Both the position numbers and the translations under genes were made by a program. Of a stretch of DNA of 41,661 bases, positions 37,916 through 41,661 are shown in pieces. Under the pieces are notes generated by a model. It did no database searches and was not told the DNA's origin. It was given only the letters and a program-made list of their open reading frames with translations. Source of the stretch: Blastopirellula marina (GTDB taxonomy: Bacteria; Planctomycetota; Phycisphaerae; Sedimentisphaerales; UBA12454); NCBI GenBank assembly GCA_020721975.1, contig DYLR01000002.1, forward strand, positions 1 through 41,661, read 5' to 3'. The first letter of the stretch is position 1; every line of letters starts with the position of its first letter.

Positions 37916-38842
37916 TTAATTCCTTAATGCAAAAACAAGCGACAATATCGCAAGTGAGATAGATGTAAAGAGCAGATTCGGCACATTTAGCAGTCGCAGC
38001 CGTGCCATACACGATTCAATAATGCCTGTAAAAACTGCTACGGCAAACACAGCTGCGACAGTAGCAGGTATTGAAAACCACTGCGGCATTTGGTTAATTG
38101 GCAAAAGCACTCCCACGAATATCGCGGCAAATAGCCACAGCTTCAGCGCAGCGCCATAAAGAATAAAAGCTAAATCTGGCCCGCTGTTATCGAGCACCAT
38201 TACCTCGTGTATCATTGTCAATTCGAGGTGGGTATTCGGGTCGTCTATGGGAATGCGTGCGTTCTCTGTAAGAAGGACGATAAGCATCGCCGCCGCGGCC
38301 AGCAGCAATGTCGCGCAATTATTTACCCACATCTGCGGCGTAACAGCGGCAAAAATTCCGGAAAACGAAATATTTGATGTCTGCCGTGCCATTGCTGCAA
38401 ATACTATAAATAACGCTGGTTCTGCCAATGCCGAAAAATGCACTTCACGGCTTGCGCCCATTCCCTCGAAACTTGAGCCGGTATCCAGCGCACCGATAAC
38501 AATAAAAAACCTCATTAGACCCAGTAAATAAGCCGCGAAAATTATATCGCCGTTAAAGCTGAACAGACTGCGCCTGCCGCCGACCGGCACGATAAATACT
38601 GCCAATATAATTGCCGTAAGACAGATTACCGGAGCTGTCCTGAATACCCATGATGTTGTCGTGCTGTAAACTGCGCCTTTGTGAAGCAGCCGCCAAAGGT
38701 CATAATACGGCTGTAACAGCGGCTGGCCGCGCCTGCCGGCAAAAAACGCCTTCACTCGATTGATTACACCCAACAGCATTGGCGCAAGCAGTATTGCGGA
38801 AGCGGGCTGAATTATCATTGCAGCAAGGTTTGTCATTGTCAT
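37916..38842 (-). CDS. hyfC: HyfC/NuoH-like (EhrB) membrane subunit
   Basis: GRRGQPLLQPYYDL..LL.K, ALDTGSSF.GMGASRE, R.PIDDP.THLELTMIHE. Start at ATG 38842 overlaps the hyfB TGA. Confidence 0.9.
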   Translation of the reverse strand: MTMTNLAAMIIQPASAILLAPMLLGVINRVKAFFAGRRGQPLLQPYYDLWRLLHKGAVYSTTTSWVFRTAPVICLTAIILAVFIVPVGGRRSLFSFNGDIIFAAYLLGLMRFFIVIGALDTGSSFEGMGASREVHFSALAEPALFIVFAAMARQTSNISFSGIFAAVTPQMWVNNCATLLLAAAAMLIVLLTENARIPIDDPNTHLELTMIHEVMVLDNSGPDLAFILYGAALKLWLFAAIFVGVLLPINQMPQWFSIPATVAAVFAVAVFTGIIESCMARLRLLNVPNLLFTSISLAILSLVFALRN

Positions 38843-40821
38843 CAGAGTTTCCACACCAAAAGAATTATCAGCGTAATTGCAATATAGAGTATATAAATCT
38901 GCACCACGCCGTACTGCACCCATCGCATTTTGCTCATCGCCAGGTCAACCCACCGGAATATGGGGCGGTATAAATATTCGCTGCTTACATCGGGCGTATG
39001 CGATTCAAACCGCGCCTGCTGCGGAAACAGCTCTGTTATTTTTACAGCCTTGCTGCGGTTGTGCAGCACGCTCTTAAACATATCCACTATCGGCTGGGCA
39101 AAAGATGAGCCTGTGTACTGCATCCGGACGCTCGGTGCGGCGTAGCCGCAGTCCCACGTCGGACTTTTTCCAACAGTCTTACCGACAAGAAGCATCTTTC
39201 TCAAAAATACTATGACTGCGATAAATATAAACAAACACGCAACGCTAATCACAACCTTTGACATAATCGCCGCAACTGTTTCAAGCTGAACCGTAACTGC
39301 ATTCGCTTCGAATCCGTTTAGCTGAATAACCGCGTTTTTAGTCGCCATAACAGCCGCGGGAGCTCCGAGGCCGATTACAAAACAGCATATTGCCAATATC
39401 GCCATTGTTATGCACATCGACGCAGGCGATTCATGCAGATTCTTTGCGCATTCGGAACGAGGCTCGCCGAGAAATACGATTCCAAATACTTTGGTGAAAC
39501 AGGCTGCCGCAAGCGCGCCGATTATCGCCAAAGCACTGATTACCGCTGTAGCCGGCACCAGCGATGCAATACCGCCAAGCACGCACGCTTCAAAGGAACC
39601 TATATATATAAGGAATTCACTGACAAACCCGTTAAGCGGCGGAAGTCCGCATATTGCTATCGCACCTATAAGAAACGCTCCGGCTGTAAACGGCATACAC
39701 TTACCGATTCCGCCAAGTTTATCTATTTCTCGTGTACCGGCGGCATGAATAACCGAGCCTGCTCCGAGAAACAGCAGACCTTTAAAAATCGCATGGTTGA
39801 CAACGTGCAGCATCGCTCCGGCAAAACCCGCAACAGCTACTGTGGTAGAATTCATCGCCGTACCCAGTACGCCTATGCCTATCCCCATCACTATGATGCC
39901 TATGTTTTCGACACTGTGGTATGCCAGTAAACGCTTTATATCGTGTTGTGCAATGGCCATCAGAACGCCGAGGATTCCCGAAACCACTCCGATTCCGATT
40001 AGCAGATATCCCCACCAGAGTGCACCCTGCGGTAAAATAAAAAGCGTACGAATAATGCCGTAAATGCCCATCTTTATCATTACGCCCGACATCACCGCTG
40101 AAACATGGCTCGGCGCCGCAGGGTGCGCTTCAGGCAGCCATACATGCAGGGGCATAATACCGGCCTTTGTTCCAAATCCAACCAGGGCCAGCAGGAACAA
40201 TACCGATGCTGTTGCCGGAGCGGCGGTTTTGAGCATACTCGAACTGTCGAAATCCAATGAGCCGCTGTATTTGTACAGTACGATGAAAAATGCCAGGAGA
40301 AAAGCTGTGCCGATATGGGTAGCGACAAGATAAATCCAGCCGGCTTGCCGAACAGATTCATGCTCATCATCGAAGGTTACAAGAAAATACGAAGCTAAAG
40401 ACATAACTTCCTATGCCGCAAGAAATAATATGCTGTTGCGAGCCATTACGACCATTGCCATGCTGGCGGCAAGCAGATTGAAAAAGAATGTCGGTATGCC
40501 CAGCCGCCGCTCTTTATACGAAAGCATATATCCGCAGCCGTAAACCGCAGCCGCAGAACATAACAGCAAAACCAGTATCAAAAACAACGCCGAAAGACCG
40601 TCAAGTTCAATATAAAACGAACCATACGGCACCTGCCAGGGGATTTTTAATGAAATCGTATTACCGGTGAGCAGCACATTTAAGGCTGGAATAATCCCCG
40701 CCACAGAACCAAGTATAAGACCGGCACAACCAAATCGCAGACTTACTTTTGCCCCTCTGATAAACAGACAAACCATACCGCTTAATATAATAAGGCAAAT
40801 ACCGGACAATATGATTGGCAT
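38842..40821 (-). pseudogene. hyfB: HyfB-like (EhrA) antiporter-type membrane subunit with an internal TAG
   Basis: ORFs 40411-40821 and 38842-40404 are in the same frame, separated by GCA TAG GAA GTT ATG where the family has AWEVM; GTKAG..PLHVWLP.AH.AAP, KRLLAYHS.EN. Confidence 0.85.
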
Positions 40822-41537
40822 TATCTCTGCTCCTGATGGTTTGCTGACGCCAATCTTATGCTGTCCAGCTCTTTTTCAAGACGGGTCAAATGAGCGAAAA
40901 TGTTTTCCCGTGTATCCTGGTTTTTGATGGCATTTCTTAAGAGCGAATCCTGTAAAACAAAACTCAGCTGAGACAGCAGATGGAGGTGTACTCTGACTGT
41001 CGGACTGATAATGGTAAACAGGCAATATACAGGTTTGCCGTCAATGGCCTTAAAATCAACAGGTTTTTCCAGAAAACACAGCGATATCATCGGCTGCGGC
41101 ACATGCAATACGATTGGATTGCGGACATGTGGAATGGCAATGCCGTCGCCGATTCCGGTAGAGGCAATTTCCTCGCGGGCAAGCAATACGTCAAGCAAAA
41201 ACTTCCTGTCAACCTCCGATGGAAGCTGTATAATATCAACTACCGACTGCAGAGCTGAAGTTTTGTCGCTGCCGCTTATGCGGTAATGAATTCCGCCGGC
41301 TTTGACAGCCTCGCAAAGCCCCCAAAGCCGGGTGTTTTCGGACTGGGGTTCTCTGAAAAGTTCTGCCGATACATTATTTATACGGTTGGCCATAGCCCAT
41401 TCGAGCAGTTCCGTCCGGTTGAAACGGTACTGACCGTTGACACGATAACACGGAAGGGACTGCTGGGTAAGCCAGCGATATACCGTCTTTTCACTAACCG
41501 CAAATAATTTGGCGACATCTCGCACTGTCAATTGCAT
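40821..41537 (-). CDS. HTH_17 (excisionase-like) domain fused to a PTS IIA (PtsN-like) domain; probable regulator
   Basis: LTVRDVAKLF.VSEKTVYRW...YRF; RE...STGIGDGIAIPH. Confidence 0.88.
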   Translation of the reverse strand: MQLTVRDVAKLFAVSEKTVYRWLTQQSLPCYRVNGQYRFNRTELLEWAMANRINNVSAELFREPQSENTRLWGLCEAVKAGGIHYRISGSDKTSALQSVVDIIQLPSEVDRKFLLDVLLAREEIASTGIGDGIAIPHVRNPIVLHVPQPMISLCFLEKPVDFKAIDGKPVYCLFTIISPTVRVHLHLLSQLSFVLQDSLLRNAIKNQDTRENIFAHLTRLEKELDSIRLASANHQEQR

Positions 41538-41553
41538 AAAAATCCTGCTGTCT

Positions 41554-41596
41554 GGACATTTGCGGACATATTAATATGCTTGTCCATAACTGTCAA
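41554..41596 (-). promoter_or_regulatory. Promoter of the ehr operon with overlapping palindrome and repeats
   Basis: TTGACA(41596-41591)-17 nt-TAATAT(41573-41568); perfect palindrome CATATTAATATG at 41567-41578; GGACA repeats. Confidence 0.6.
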
Positions 41597-41661
41597 TAAA
41601 AATTTGATTTTGCCGCCTCCAGCGAAATGTTCGGCAAGGTTCACGAAGTTCCTCAAAGCGA

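Noticed and set aside
40411-40413. TAG recoding (pyrrolysine or an alternative genetic code)
   Set aside because: TAG ends ordinary genes here (1884, 16181, 22555), the position is a conserved Trp one transition away, and no pyl genes are seen

Overview
This is a bacterial chromosome segment, mostly minus-strand genes. It is probably Planctomycetota, Phycisphaerae/Sedimentisphaerales-like; that is an inference from the dockerin-type C-terminal repeat, the integrase N-terminus and a bacterial topo VI-A. The housekeeping backbone comprises alr, alaC, recJ, lysA, yggS, top6A, argS, rsfS, hppA, proA, queD, folE, pepA, prfB (programmed +1 frameshift), purB and pyrE. Around tRNA-Lys(CTT) lies an AT-rich, decayed island with a truncated integrase, a Zalpha-like winged-helix fragment, a HEPN-like pseudogene, a PD-(D/E)XK-like gene and an internally deleted gene. 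Small toxin-antitoxin-type pairs are wedged between core genes. At the right end is an Ehr (hydrogenase-4-related, Ni-free) operon with a nonsense codon in hyfB and a frameshift in hyfF. The most distinctive unexplained signal is a dispersed set of 7-bp-periodic repeats. They form a ~155-bp hairpin element, occur as solo arms at gene junctions, and include six heptamers in frame inside argS. There are also REP-like palindromes, direct repeats flanking one TA module, and two unannotated structured-RNA candidates. All calls were made by eye; no database searches were run.
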